From Giardia intestinalis (Eukaryota), in NCBI GenBank assembly GCA_000002435.2, contig CM018791.1: DNA of 64,000 nucleotides; one strand, written 5' to 3'. Each line of letters begins with the position of its first letter. Position 1 is the stretch's first letter. A program made the position numbers and the translations under genes. The notes beneath the pieces were generated by a model. The model had not been told where the DNA came from. It made no database searches and saw only the letters and a list, made by a program, of their open reading frames with translations. Below are positions 9,262 through 18,174 of the stretch, in pieces.

Positions 9262-12200
9262 CTATTCTTGTGTCAGCTTCACACACATTGCACGTAGCTT
9301 ACTAACTTCCAGCTCCCGTGCCGCAAGCAGCCTGTTACGCTTTTCAAGCTCAAGCTTTAATGTTTCTATCTTGTATTCATAAGACTTGGCTTTGTTCTCC
9401 AAGAATGCGAGCTTGTCCCTGATATCTTTATTTTCTTTTGTCAATAGCAAAAGCTTCTTATTGAGCGTCTCATTCTGGTTGTATGCTCGCCCAAGCTGAG
9501 CATCCTTGGTTGCTGCATCGATGTGGAGCTTCGAAACAGTCTCTTTCATCTCGTTGTTTTCGCTGACCAGCGACGCCGTTTTCCCTAGCGCATCTCCTTT
9601 AATGGCCATCAGATTATCGAGGTCTGTCTTCAGTCGTAGGTTTTCGTTAATCAAATTAACCACGTTATCACCCCTGTAATTGTCCTTCACCTCTTCTATG
9701 AATTTCATCATGCGATCGTTTTGGAATATCAGCTCCTGTATCCGCAACTGCTTATCTTCCACGTCCTGTGTCTGGTTCGTGTACTTGGCAGAAAGGTGAT
9801 CAAATTCCTGCTGAAGCTTTCGCAGAGCGTCTCCGTCAGTTCCCTTGTCCAGCCGGAGATTTTCGTTCTCCTTTCGAAGATAGTCTAGTTCGCCGCTAAG
9901 GACTTCAGATGACTTAATGAGCTTTGCGTTCTCTGCCTCCAGACTGTCCTGCCTAAGTTTGCTTGTCTCGTAGTTCAACTTCAGCTCGGCGATGGTGCTC
10001 TGCGTCTTCAAATAGGTATTATGAAGGTCGATCCTCTGGTTTTCTGTGTCCTCCAACATCTTTTTCTGATCAGTGTACAGAAGCTCATGATAGGATATCT
10101 TTTCCTTGGCAATGGCCACTTGATTTATTAGATGCTCCTTTTCCGTCGTTATAGCAGCGTTTTCCTTACGGACAGAGGAAAGCTCCTCCTTAAGCTCTGC
10201 AATTTGCTGCCTAAGTTCTGATTTGTCGCTCTCAAGTTGCTGCACCCGATCGTTGAGAGCAGCAACCGTTACAATCCTCTGCTGGTTGTCTAAAGAGTTG
10301 ACCGTGACGTCATGGAACATATCTGCTTTTTCTTTCATTTCCTGCCGTAAATTGCTCAGTTCCTGCTTGTACAGCTCCAGCTGCTGCTCCAGATTGTTAA
10401 TTCTGGCTTCTTTATAGTTAAAATCGGCGGATATCGCCTCGAACTCCTCTTTCATCCTGTTATACTCGACCTTAAACTCTTTGAGCTCGCCTTCTCGCGT
10501 CTTCAAGGTGCCTTTTAATGTTTTGCCGATTTCTTGCATTTTCTCCAACTTTGCAGCAGTTTCCTTTAACTCTGTCGTGACTCGCAGCTTGTCTTCTCGA
10601 AGCCTTCGGACCCGTTCTCTCAGACGAATCAGTGCACCAAGCTTGTCCTCTGTGGTCATCAAGCTAACCTCAAGACGGTAGATAAACTTTTCGCGCTCAA
10701 TAACCAGTGCTTGGTTGATAGAGGTAAGTTTCGAAACGCGCTTTTCAAGCTTCTCAACAGCATCTGACCTATCGCGCACCTGCAGCCCTCGTTCAGCCAG
10801 CTGCTCGTTGAGAGTGTTAATCATATCGCGCATTTTTTCTACTTGTCCTTCCCGTGTGTACGTGTCAAGCTGATCCTTAAATTCACGGGCTTTTTCGACA
10901 GACTTGTTTATGCGTTGCTCTTTCTGGGCCAATTCGTCGTGTAGTGTTCTTATTTTTTCTTCAAGAAGCAGCTTCTCCGCTTTGACTGAGCTAAGTTCTT
11001 TGTCTAGCTCCTTGATCTTGTCCTGCAAACCTATGCTTTGTGTTTCCAAGGCTGTCTTTTCAGCAACCACCTTTTGCAAGTCAAAGTCTAGCATGCCGTG
11101 CATACCAAGGATCTTCTCGGCCTCTTCGCTGACCACACGAAGCTTTTCTGTCAATGCTTGATTTTCCTGGTTGAGCGTTTCCGTTGTTTCCTCATACCCC
11201 TGGATGAGAGTTTGAGCTGTCTGCATTTCTTGCAGAGTGGCAGCTCTCTCTTCATATATGTCTCTATAGATTACCTCTTTTAGATGGTTGAATCCTGCGC
11301 GCCACGCATCTGTGGAGTAAAGCAGGTCGAAAGAAAGATTAACGAAGTAGCTATCCTGCTGAAAGATTTTATAGATTTTGCTCAGTTCTGGGTTGCCACG
11401 AAGGTCCTCGAGAACCGGGTTTTTGTGCCCAAGGACCTTAGCCTGAGATGAGGTCATACTGGGCATCTTCATTTCTTCAGGCTTGGCCAGAACTATCGGC
11501 ACAGATGAGTTTGGTGAGTGCTCAGCCAACGCAACAGGCAGCCCGGGGAACTGAAGGCTAAGAGGGTCATCCGTGACCGTTTGGTTGAGCTCCATCATGG
11601 CTGACCTTTGAGGTGAGCCCTGCCGGCTTTCTCGTCTACTGACACTGTTACTTATGGAGGGAACCAGGCTGAAACGCGGAGCCGTCTGCTTGACCTGCGT
11701 TTGATAGCGAAGAAGCTCTGCAAGTGCAAGAACGTGTTCCGGGGTACCTGTGTTTGCTTGAACTCCAAAATCGGCAACCTTACGGCCATCGCCTACTCTA
11801 TACTCTCCGTCTTCACAGCTGGAATAGCTACCAGTGCTGAGTAAATCCTCATCCAACGTATTATCACGCTTACGTATAATGCTTTCCACAGTACTATAGC
11901 CTCCTGCGGGAATAACGCCCTTAGAGCTAGTGAGTTTTTCTTTATATTTAGACTGACACTCTTCCGTGTTTCTTGTGAGCGCTCTTTGGGGGCGCGGACT
12001 AAATTCTTGATCTGTGTACTCACTGTACTCGTAAGTATCACTAGAATCGTACTGGGAAGTAGTGTCATAAGCCCTTCTACGAGACTGCTCTAGGTATTGC
12101 AGATTTTCCTGTGGAGGGGGGCATGAACGTGTGGAGACTGGACGCGAGAGGCTCTGCCTCTTAGTGCGTTTTCTACTGCGTTTTGCCGGAACAGAAGTAA

Positions 12201-12504
12201 AAGACCCTATTTGCAATTTGCTCACGTCCCGGGAGCTTGCGGTTTGTGATCTCTTACGAGACTCGGTGCGATGCGCTTCGTTTGTGGAAGATGGCCGTAT
12301 ATTCTTCACAGCATCCCCTCCTACAGAATGGCTTCTATGGACATCACCCTTACTCGCGTGCTGGCGGGCCTGGAGATTTGCACGCATCCGGGCGAGGACA
12401 TCTAGATTCATGGTATTCATCTCGGTAGTGAAGGCAGCTCTTCTCTGTCCAGCGAAAGAGGAAGGCGGAGCATTGCTGGGCTTGACGTGCCTATTAGCCT
12501 TCAT
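9262..12504 (-). CDS. large coiled-coil protein (1080 aa) with a disordered S/R-rich N-terminal region
   Basis: A confirmed minus-strand ATG at 12504. About 330 aa of low-complexity N-terminus are followed by about 750 aa of near-continuous heptad-rich sequence (LQEMQTAQTLIQGYEETTETLNQENQALTEKLRVVSEEAEK... through ...LELEKRNRLLAARELEVSKLRAMCVKL). Confidence 0.6.
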   Translation of the reverse strand: MKANRHVKPSNAPPSSFAGQRRAAFTTEMNTMNLDVLARMRANLQARQHASKGDVHRSHSVGGDAVKNIRPSSTNEAHRTESRKRSQTASSRDVSKLQIGSFTSVPAKRSRKRTKRQSLSRPVSTRSCPPPQENLQYLEQSRRRAYDTTSQYDSSDTYEYSEYTDQEFSPRPQRALTRNTEECQSKYKEKLTSSKGVIPAGGYSTVESIIRKRDNTLDEDLLSTGSYSSCEDGEYRVGDGRKVADFGVQANTGTPEHVLALAELLRYQTQVKQTAPRFSLVPSISNSVSRRESRQGSPQRSAMMELNQTVTDDPLSLQFPGLPVALAEHSPNSSVPIVLAKPEEMKMPSMTSSQAKVLGHKNPVLEDLRGNPELSKIYKIFQQDSYFVNLSFDLLYSTDAWRAGFNHLKEVIYRDIYEERAATLQEMQTAQTLIQGYEETTETLNQENQALTEKLRVVSEEAEKILGMHGMLDFDLQKVVAEKTALETQSIGLQDKIKELDKELSSVKAEKLLLEEKIRTLHDELAQKEQRINKSVEKAREFKDQLDTYTREGQVEKMRDMINTLNEQLAERGLQVRDRSDAVEKLEKRVSKLTSINQALVIEREKFIYRLEVSLMTTEDKLGALIRLRERVRRLREDKLRVTTELKETAAKLEKMQEIGKTLKGTLKTREGELKEFKVEYNRMKEEFEAISADFNYKEARINNLEQQLELYKQELSNLRQEMKEKADMFHDVTVNSLDNQQRIVTVAALNDRVQQLESDKSELRQQIAELKEELSSVRKENAAITTEKEHLINQVAIAKEKISYHELLYTDQKKMLEDTENQRIDLHNTYLKTQSTIAELKLNYETSKLRQDSLEAENAKLIKSSEVLSGELDYLRKENENLRLDKGTDGDALRKLQQEFDHLSAKYTNQTQDVEDKQLRIQELIFQNDRMMKFIEEVKDNYRGDNVVNLINENLRLKTDLDNLMAIKGDALGKTASLVSENNEMKETVSKLHIDAATKDAQLGRAYNQNETLNKKLLLLTKENKDIRDKLAFLENKAKSYEYKIETLKLELEKRNRLLAARELEVSKLRAMCVKLTQE

Positions 12505-12542
12505 GCCTAAGACTTAAAAAATCTGGATTTCTATCAAGCATA

Positions 12543-14564
12543 ATGTTTGCTATTATCGACAAACTCAACCAGCAGCAGCCGGAGACGATACTCTACTCGA
12601 AGCTTTACCTTGAGTCGCCGTACTCTTGCCTGTATGTTTACCAGAATTTATCCTCGTTGGCACAGGACTTTGTGCGAAACGTTCTTTGCTACACTATTTC
12701 GGCAGACGGCCCCATCACTGCGGCTGCGCGATATCCTGCATTTCCTTTTAACCCGCTCTCCATTGTTACCGAAGAAAGCCGCCCACGCCTAGCCATCGCT
12801 GTCAGACAGCTTGCAGATCTTCAAATTATCTCTGTGGAGAAAGATAAGACGCATTATGATCTTGTCTTCTTTCATAATCTCTTTTCTGCGCTGAATAATC
12901 TGCCTTTCGTGTCAATGGGTGGATACACTTCAGAATGCATAAAGCAGCATACTATAAACCCCTTTACCTCACGGAAAAGTACCAAGATGAATGCGAAACT
13001 AATGAAAGAATTTGTTAATTACTGCGAAGAGTATCCTGCATCGCGATTTAGAAAGCTCTTAGACTCTTTGATGGAGATATCGTCTCGGAAAGGCGACAAA
13101 AGAATAGATGAGAAGGAGGAGAAGAAGCTATTGCGGTTTAAAACGATATTCTCCCTTCTTTCCTTGATAGATCAACGGTCAAGCACAAAGGTAGAGTCCC
13201 AATCATCTCTCACGGAAAATGGGTGCCAATTCATGCTCGGAAGCGATCACGATCAGCTTTCTATTATTATCTACCAGCTCCTACTGTGCTTCGCTCATGC
13301 AGGCGTGTCAACCTCTTCCAGGTTTAAGGACTTTTATTTGGCGACAGAAAGATACACCAAGCAGAAGGATCAAGAGAGCAAGTGGATCTGTTCAGACTTT
13401 AACGACATTAACAAGCCAAGCTATGTAACGCACGTGGTGGGCTTGATCATGAATCTCTGCTGCCTCGATATGCTACATCTCCACGACATTGAGACGTCTC
13501 TATTTAGGTACTACTGTCCCTTCTTCTATTGGATGCACTCGTTTGGATTGATTCTCTTGAACCACATAAAGCCAGGGGCCTACTCTCTGGCCATTTCTCC
13601 CATTCTACTTAACCTTAACGAAAAGTACGTAAGTCACAAAGACCTTAGCGGGGCATTCTACAATGCACCAGCAGAGTACTATCGTAAAACAATTCTAGGC
13701 CAGTCCACAACTCGTAAGAACGACAGCCACGAAGACGGTGACGCAGACCAGATAGACTATTCTACAGAGGACCTTTCACTGCTGCAGAACTACACCATCA
13801 CTGAGTCCACCGGTCGCATATTTGTCTATAAAACTGCAGACGAAAACAGGAATGAGAAGAACAAGAACATAATGTGCCTCTTGTGCAACAAACCCAAGTA
13901 CACCTTCCCTCATGTCGACGTGTATGAACTCGATCCACAAAACGCCAAAGCAAACCTAGCATCTGCCACCGCATCGTTTCTACAGAAGACTGCGCGCTTG
14001 ATTATTGCGCGAGACAAGCTCCCACGTGGAGAACTTGTCGTCCCTCCGACACTTGTTAATCAACTAGAGTTCCTCCAGCAGAACGTGAATAATGCAGAGG
14101 TTCTCAAGGCATCTCCTCACGTTAAGGTGTATCAATTCCAGTACATGTCAAATGGAACCATTAAGAAGAAGTTCAGTGTGTCTGGTGAAGCAATCGCAGA
14201 GTTCTCGTATGCAATAGAGAAGTGCTCCTCTGTTGCTTACTATAAAGCAGTCACTATTGCAGAGGAGCTTGGCTGTCTGATTTGGAAGCATGATTTGGCA
14301 TTTTCAGCCATGCGTTCTCGATGCAACACACTTATGACAAGCAGCTACTATCGTTCCCCCACAGTTAAGTTTCTCTCGCTTCAAGGAGACGTCCAGCGCA
14401 CCATCCTGACTTTGTGGCACAAGATAGCGTCGTTTTATCCCACAGATGATAATGACAACATTCAGGGGCTTTGGCTCCTCATTCACGCTGGTTTCCAGGA
14501 GACGTTCGAACAGGAGTTCGATGCCGAAATGATGAAGATATCTAACGAGTGGGTGCCCACATAG
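12543..14564 (+). CDS. possible TFIIH subunit p52/Tfb2-like protein; otherwise hypothetical
   Basis: ATG at 12543, 38 bp from the divergent ATG at 12504. The N-terminal stretch LYLESPYSCLYVYQNLSSLAQDFVRNVL aligns with the conserved N-terminal region of human GTF2H4 as I recall it ([27 protein letters not shown]), with identities at C, L, V, L, S, L, A, V, L and conservative pairs. The remainder is not recognisable. Confidence 0.5.
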   Translation: MFAIIDKLNQQQPETILYSKLYLESPYSCLYVYQNLSSLAQDFVRNVLCYTISADGPITAAARYPAFPFNPLSIVTEESRPRLAIAVRQLADLQIISVEKDKTHYDLVFFHNLFSALNNLPFVSMGGYTSECIKQHTINPFTSRKSTKMNAKLMKEFVNYCEEYPASRFRKLLDSLMEISSRKGDKRIDEKEEKKLLRFKTIFSLLSLIDQRSSTKVESQSSLTENGCQFMLGSDHDQLSIIIYQLLLCFAHAGVSTSSRFKDFYLATERYTKQKDQESKWICSDFNDINKPSYVTHVVGLIMNLCCLDMLHLHDIETSLFRYYCPFFYWMHSFGLILLNHIKPGAYSLAISPILLNLNEKYVSHKDLSGAFYNAPAEYYRKTILGQSTTRKNDSHEDGDADQIDYSTEDLSLLQNYTITESTGRIFVYKTADENRNEKNKNIMCLLCNKPKYTFPHVDVYELDPQNAKANLASATASFLQKTARLIIARDKLPRGELVVPPTLVNQLEFLQQNVNNAEVLKASPHVKVYQFQYMSNGTIKKKFSVSGEAIAEFSYAIEKCSSVAYYKAVTIAEELGCLIWKHDLAFSAMRSRCNTLMTSSYYRSPTVKFLSLQGDVQRTILTLWHKIASFYPTDDNDNIQGLWLLIHAGFQETFEQEFDAEMMKISNEWVPT

Positions 14565-15090
14565 TGTCTGTCTGCTTCTCTTGTCTTCCTAAAGGCTTTC
14601 TGCGAAGACGCAAGTTGTACTCAAGAAGTAGGATCATGCTAGCTGCAGCGAGCCCCAATGTTATGACAGGAGACGTGTAATCAGCTGAATAGTCAAAGGA
14701 GAGGTACCGCACCATTCTAGCTGAGCCTTTGCTACTCTCATTCCGTGCCGGTGTTATGTGTACTAGTGGAACATTCATCCTGTTTGGAAGAGACCGGCGC
14801 AGAATGACGTGATATATAGATGTGGGAGCATTCAGATCCAGCTCTTGATACCTTGATACAGACAGATTTAACAGCCGAGGACCAGAGAGGTGTTGATCTT
14901 CACAATAGATTGCTACGCTCCTGTCAGTTGAATGCATGCGCAATGCACCTATGATGATAAAGAATAAGATACCCCCCAATACTAGTCCTACAGGCACGCT
15001 CAGCTGCACAGGCTTGCACTTCTGCAGTCTACTTTCCCTCCATGTACCTTCGCAGTGTTCACCTTCATTTGAGAGGGGAGACACACCCAT
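14542..15090 (-). CDS. small hypothetical membrane protein (two predicted hydrophobic helices)
   Basis: 182-aa ORF with ATG at 15090. It fills what would otherwise be a 530-bp convergent gap, long for this genome. Hydrophobic segments are LVLGGILFFIIIGAL and VITLGLAAASMILLL. It overlaps the 3' end of the 12543..14564 gene by 23 bp and sits 6 bp downstream of the kinesin stop. No homology support. Confidence 0.3.
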   Translation of the reverse strand: MGVSPLSNEGEHCEGTWRESRLQKCKPVQLSVPVGLVLGGILFFIIIGALRMHSTDRSVAIYCEDQHLSGPRLLNLSVSRYQELDLNAPTSIYHVILRRSLPNRMNVPLVHITPARNESSKGSARMVRYLSFDYSADYTSPVITLGLAAASMILLLEYNLRLRRKPLGRQEKQTDTMWAPTR

Positions 15091-15096
15091 ATAGAT

Positions 15097-18036
15097 TTAC
15101 TTTGAGGAGTAGCGACCCTTCCGACATATTAGCGAAGGGTTAGCGAACCTAGAGGAGCCCACTGTTAGTACTGGCTTCATCTCACCTGGTAATAAAACAG
15201 ATAGGCCGTGTATTTCTGGTAAGGACAGCTCAGGTCCGTCATTGCTGTATGGCATTGTCTTAAAGTACTGAAAACCTTGTGCAATAGTGTACTGGCCGTT
15301 ACAGTCTATGAAGCCGAGGCCCGAGTCACACTCTTCGTGCTTTTGCTTAGTGAAGAGTTCTCCATTGGCTAAAATCGTTCCCTTTCTGGTGACAGAATAT
15401 AACGATACCCTATTCCCAGCAACAGACGGATTCTCACCCAGGCCATCCAATATGTTGTTTTGTGCCTCTATCTTTCCTCGGAGTATGTTAATCATGTCAT
15501 CCTTATACTTAATAATCCTATTAACGCTTGTACGGGTATTCGTCAACTGGTCCAGTAGATAAGTGTTGTTGGTCTTTAGTTCAGCTATCTCAGCGGATGC
15601 TAACTTGTTACTCAGTTCTAGTTCCGTGACCTTCTCGGCCATGTGCAAAAGGTCTGCTGCTTGTAGCTTGACAGTCTTGTCAAGATATTTGTACTGCTTC
15701 AGGATTTTTGCATTATTGCAAAGAGCAGAGATCCTCTCCTCCATGGTTGCTGCCTGGAGCTCTGCCTCTACTATGGTGAAGGCATTAGATGCCAGAGCCT
15801 TCACTAGCTTCTGCACCTGAGTCTGCTTGTTAATGAGCTCGTTTCTAAGAAGCTGATAGTAGCGAATTTTATCTTCATTGGAAACGTTATCTTTTGAAAG
15901 AATGTTTTTGAGGTTGTGCGAAGTGACTTGGACCGAGCCTGACTCCCCCAGACTGATGCTGTCCTCATCTTGAGAGAAGATTGTTTCGTCAAACATTACT
16001 GAGTTATGCTGCCCTAGCTTAGTTTTTGCCGACTTCATCGCTGATTTTATATTGCCAGAGTCCACCTCCACCCCACCTACATCTCCAACTTGATAGGGGA
16101 GAGACAAGCGAGGGCTAGAGACCACTATGGAAGGTGTAGGCTGGACCATGCTCAAGGCTGCCTCTGCGATGCTAGCATTTGCCGTCTCTACTGCCTCCCC
16201 CAGCGCCTTGCACTTCTCTTCCGAAACTTGGAGCTTGCGCAAGATGTCTGCCTTCTCTATATTTAGGCTCTCCAAAGAAATGGCGAGCGAATCATACTGT
16301 GCCCTGAGCTCGTTATACTTTTGCTCTCCAAAGTCTAGCTCTGCTTTTGTGTCGGAAATCACCCCCTTAAGGTGATCTATTTCCGCAGCTTGCTCTTTCA
16401 GCTCAGAGCGAAGGGAGTTTCTTTCCTCTCGCACAACATACATCTGATTGATGGCTTGAAGGCTTTCACCGAGGGTTTTGACATACTTTTGATTTGTTTC
16501 TATAACTATGTTACGTAACTCATCCAAGCTCGTCATAGTAAGTATTATTCTGTTGAGCTCATTAGCATGTGTAATCTCTACGGCTGCCTTAGCTTCATAA
16601 GATGAAAACCCTCCCCTATCTCCAGCACTATCCTCTTTTGCGGGTGTCTCATCATTTGTCAAGGGTAAGGTAGTCGTCCTAGACACGAGCATGCCTGCAA
16701 CAGATGGGGCTCCATCTCCAACTACACTCTTCTCTAATATGCTGCGCTCCATAATGCTTTCCGTGACCATATGGGAGGCCTCAACCATGTTGGCGATTAC
16801 ACTGTTGAGTCTTGCAATCTCTGCGTTGGCTTTTTCAAGCATGGCCTTGAGCTGCTTCAGTCCGAACTCCTGATTCATTGCTATTTTGTTCTTAACGTTC
16901 TTGGCCCGTTCTCCGAAGCGTAGAGTGGACAGAGTTTCTATTTCGTTGTACTTTGAGGGGCTGCAGCATATTATAAGCGATGTCGATGAGGTGCCGCCAA
17001 GAGAGTCCTGCAGTATCCTAGTTAGCTTAGAATCTCTATAAGGAACGTGTTTAGACCTACCCTCTGAAAGAGCACTGATCACATTCCCCAGAGTAGACAG
17101 ACTCAGATTAATTAGACGTGCCTCATCCAAGCGTATCCCTTCAGCACCAGTCTTCGACGCCTTTTCGCTTCCTGCAAGATCAATAAGATACAGCTGTGAC
17201 CTTCGCTTAGCCCCAGAGAGCCTGTCCTCGGTTTCCAAGAAAATATTTAGCACCGAGTGAGAGCGTGATGACGTGTCGTTCATGTTTGTTGCGGCTGTGA
17301 CGCGATTAGCATTGCCCTTCTTCAGATATTGCAACAACTCTGTCGCAGAATCGACCCGATACGCGGTGAGATTTTCCACATACACGCCTTTTTCCTTGCT
17401 TTCCCTAATTTGGAGATTGGATGGGCCTACTGGGAGATTCGCATTAACGTTTCCACCATAGCTTATGGAAGATGGAAGCACAAAGCTTGGCTGGGTAAAC
17501 GGTGTTGCCGGAGATTGCGGGCCTGGCTCCTCGGCGAGCAGATCGCGAATCCGTTCCATATATATCTCGAAAAAGCTACACTTGACAACGTGTGTGAAGA
17601 TCTCTTGCTGCGATTCAGCAGACAACTGGTCAAATAGGTAGTTGAAAACCCGAGGCATCAGCCCCTTATCAGTAAACGAATCTATACTTGGACCTGTCAT
17701 TGTGTAAGATTTACCTGCGCCTGTCTGACCATAGCAAAAAATAGTTCCATTACACCCGGCAAGAAATTGAGTCAACACGTGACGGGCAGAGACGTCGAAG
17801 ACCGTCTCTTGTGTTGTGTCGCACTGGAAAACCCTATTGAACATAAAGGTCTTGGTGGAGTCCAGTCCCGTGAAGTTCACTTGCTGGTCTCCTTGGAATT
17901 CTACACAGGGGTTTGAAATAGGCTCGAATTTCTCATTGAAGGGACGGAATCTGCAAAAAACCTTGACACTTTCTATGTTACCGGGTTTGTTCGGGGTCTT
18001 GGTGTCTTTGGTCAAGTGACCAGGGGTCGCAGCCAT
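15097..18036 (-). CDS. kinesin-like motor protein with an N-terminal motor domain and a coiled-coil tail
   Basis: Motor motifs are present: FCRFRPFN, P-loop GQTGAGKSYTM, switch I SSRSHSV, switch II LIDLAGSEK. A long heptad-rich tail follows. The track start is a TTG at 18066. I trimmed to the ATG at 18036 (MAATPGH...), which has A/T-rich sequence just upstream. Confidence 0.85.
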   Translation of the reverse strand: MAATPGHLTKDTKTPNKPGNIESVKVFCRFRPFNEKFEPISNPCVEFQGDQQVNFTGLDSTKTFMFNRVFQCDTTQETVFDVSARHVLTQFLAGCNGTIFCYGQTGAGKSYTMTGPSIDSFTDKGLMPRVFNYLFDQLSAESQQEIFTHVVKCSFFEIYMERIRDLLAEEPGPQSPATPFTQPSFVLPSSISYGGNVNANLPVGPSNLQIRESKEKGVYVENLTAYRVDSATELLQYLKKGNANRVTAATNMNDTSSRSHSVLNIFLETEDRLSGAKRRSQLYLIDLAGSEKASKTGAEGIRLDEARLINLSLSTLGNVISALSEGRSKHVPYRDSKLTRILQDSLGGTSSTSLIICCSPSKYNEIETLSTLRFGERAKNVKNKIAMNQEFGLKQLKAMLEKANAEIARLNSVIANMVEASHMVTESIMERSILEKSVVGDGAPSVAGMLVSRTTTLPLTNDETPAKEDSAGDRGGFSSYEAKAAVEITHANELNRIILTMTSLDELRNIVIETNQKYVKTLGESLQAINQMYVVREERNSLRSELKEQAAEIDHLKGVISDTKAELDFGEQKYNELRAQYDSLAISLESLNIEKADILRKLQVSEEKCKALGEAVETANASIAEAALSMVQPTPSIVVSSPRLSLPYQVGDVGGVEVDSGNIKSAMKSAKTKLGQHNSVMFDETIFSQDEDSISLGESGSVQVTSHNLKNILSKDNVSNEDKIRYYQLLRNELINKQTQVQKLVKALASNAFTIVEAELQAATMEERISALCNNAKILKQYKYLDKTVKLQAADLLHMAEKVTELELSNKLASAEIAELKTNNTYLLDQLTNTRTSVNRIIKYKDDMINILRGKIEAQNNILDGLGENPSVAGNRVSLYSVTRKGTILANGELFTKQKHEECDSGLGFIDCNGQYTIAQGFQYFKTMPYSNDGPELSLPEIHGLSVLLPGEMKPVLTVGSSRFANPSLICRKGRYSSK

Positions 18037-18174
18037 AGAATTTTGAGTTTTAATTTTGAAATCCAATTAAGATTGCTGTTCAACGGTTAGAAAGAAGGCT
18101 CAAAAGCGCCGTAGACCGCCCGGAGAAAACTGTAGGAAAAATTGTAGGACACTCACAGCTATGCTACGACACAA

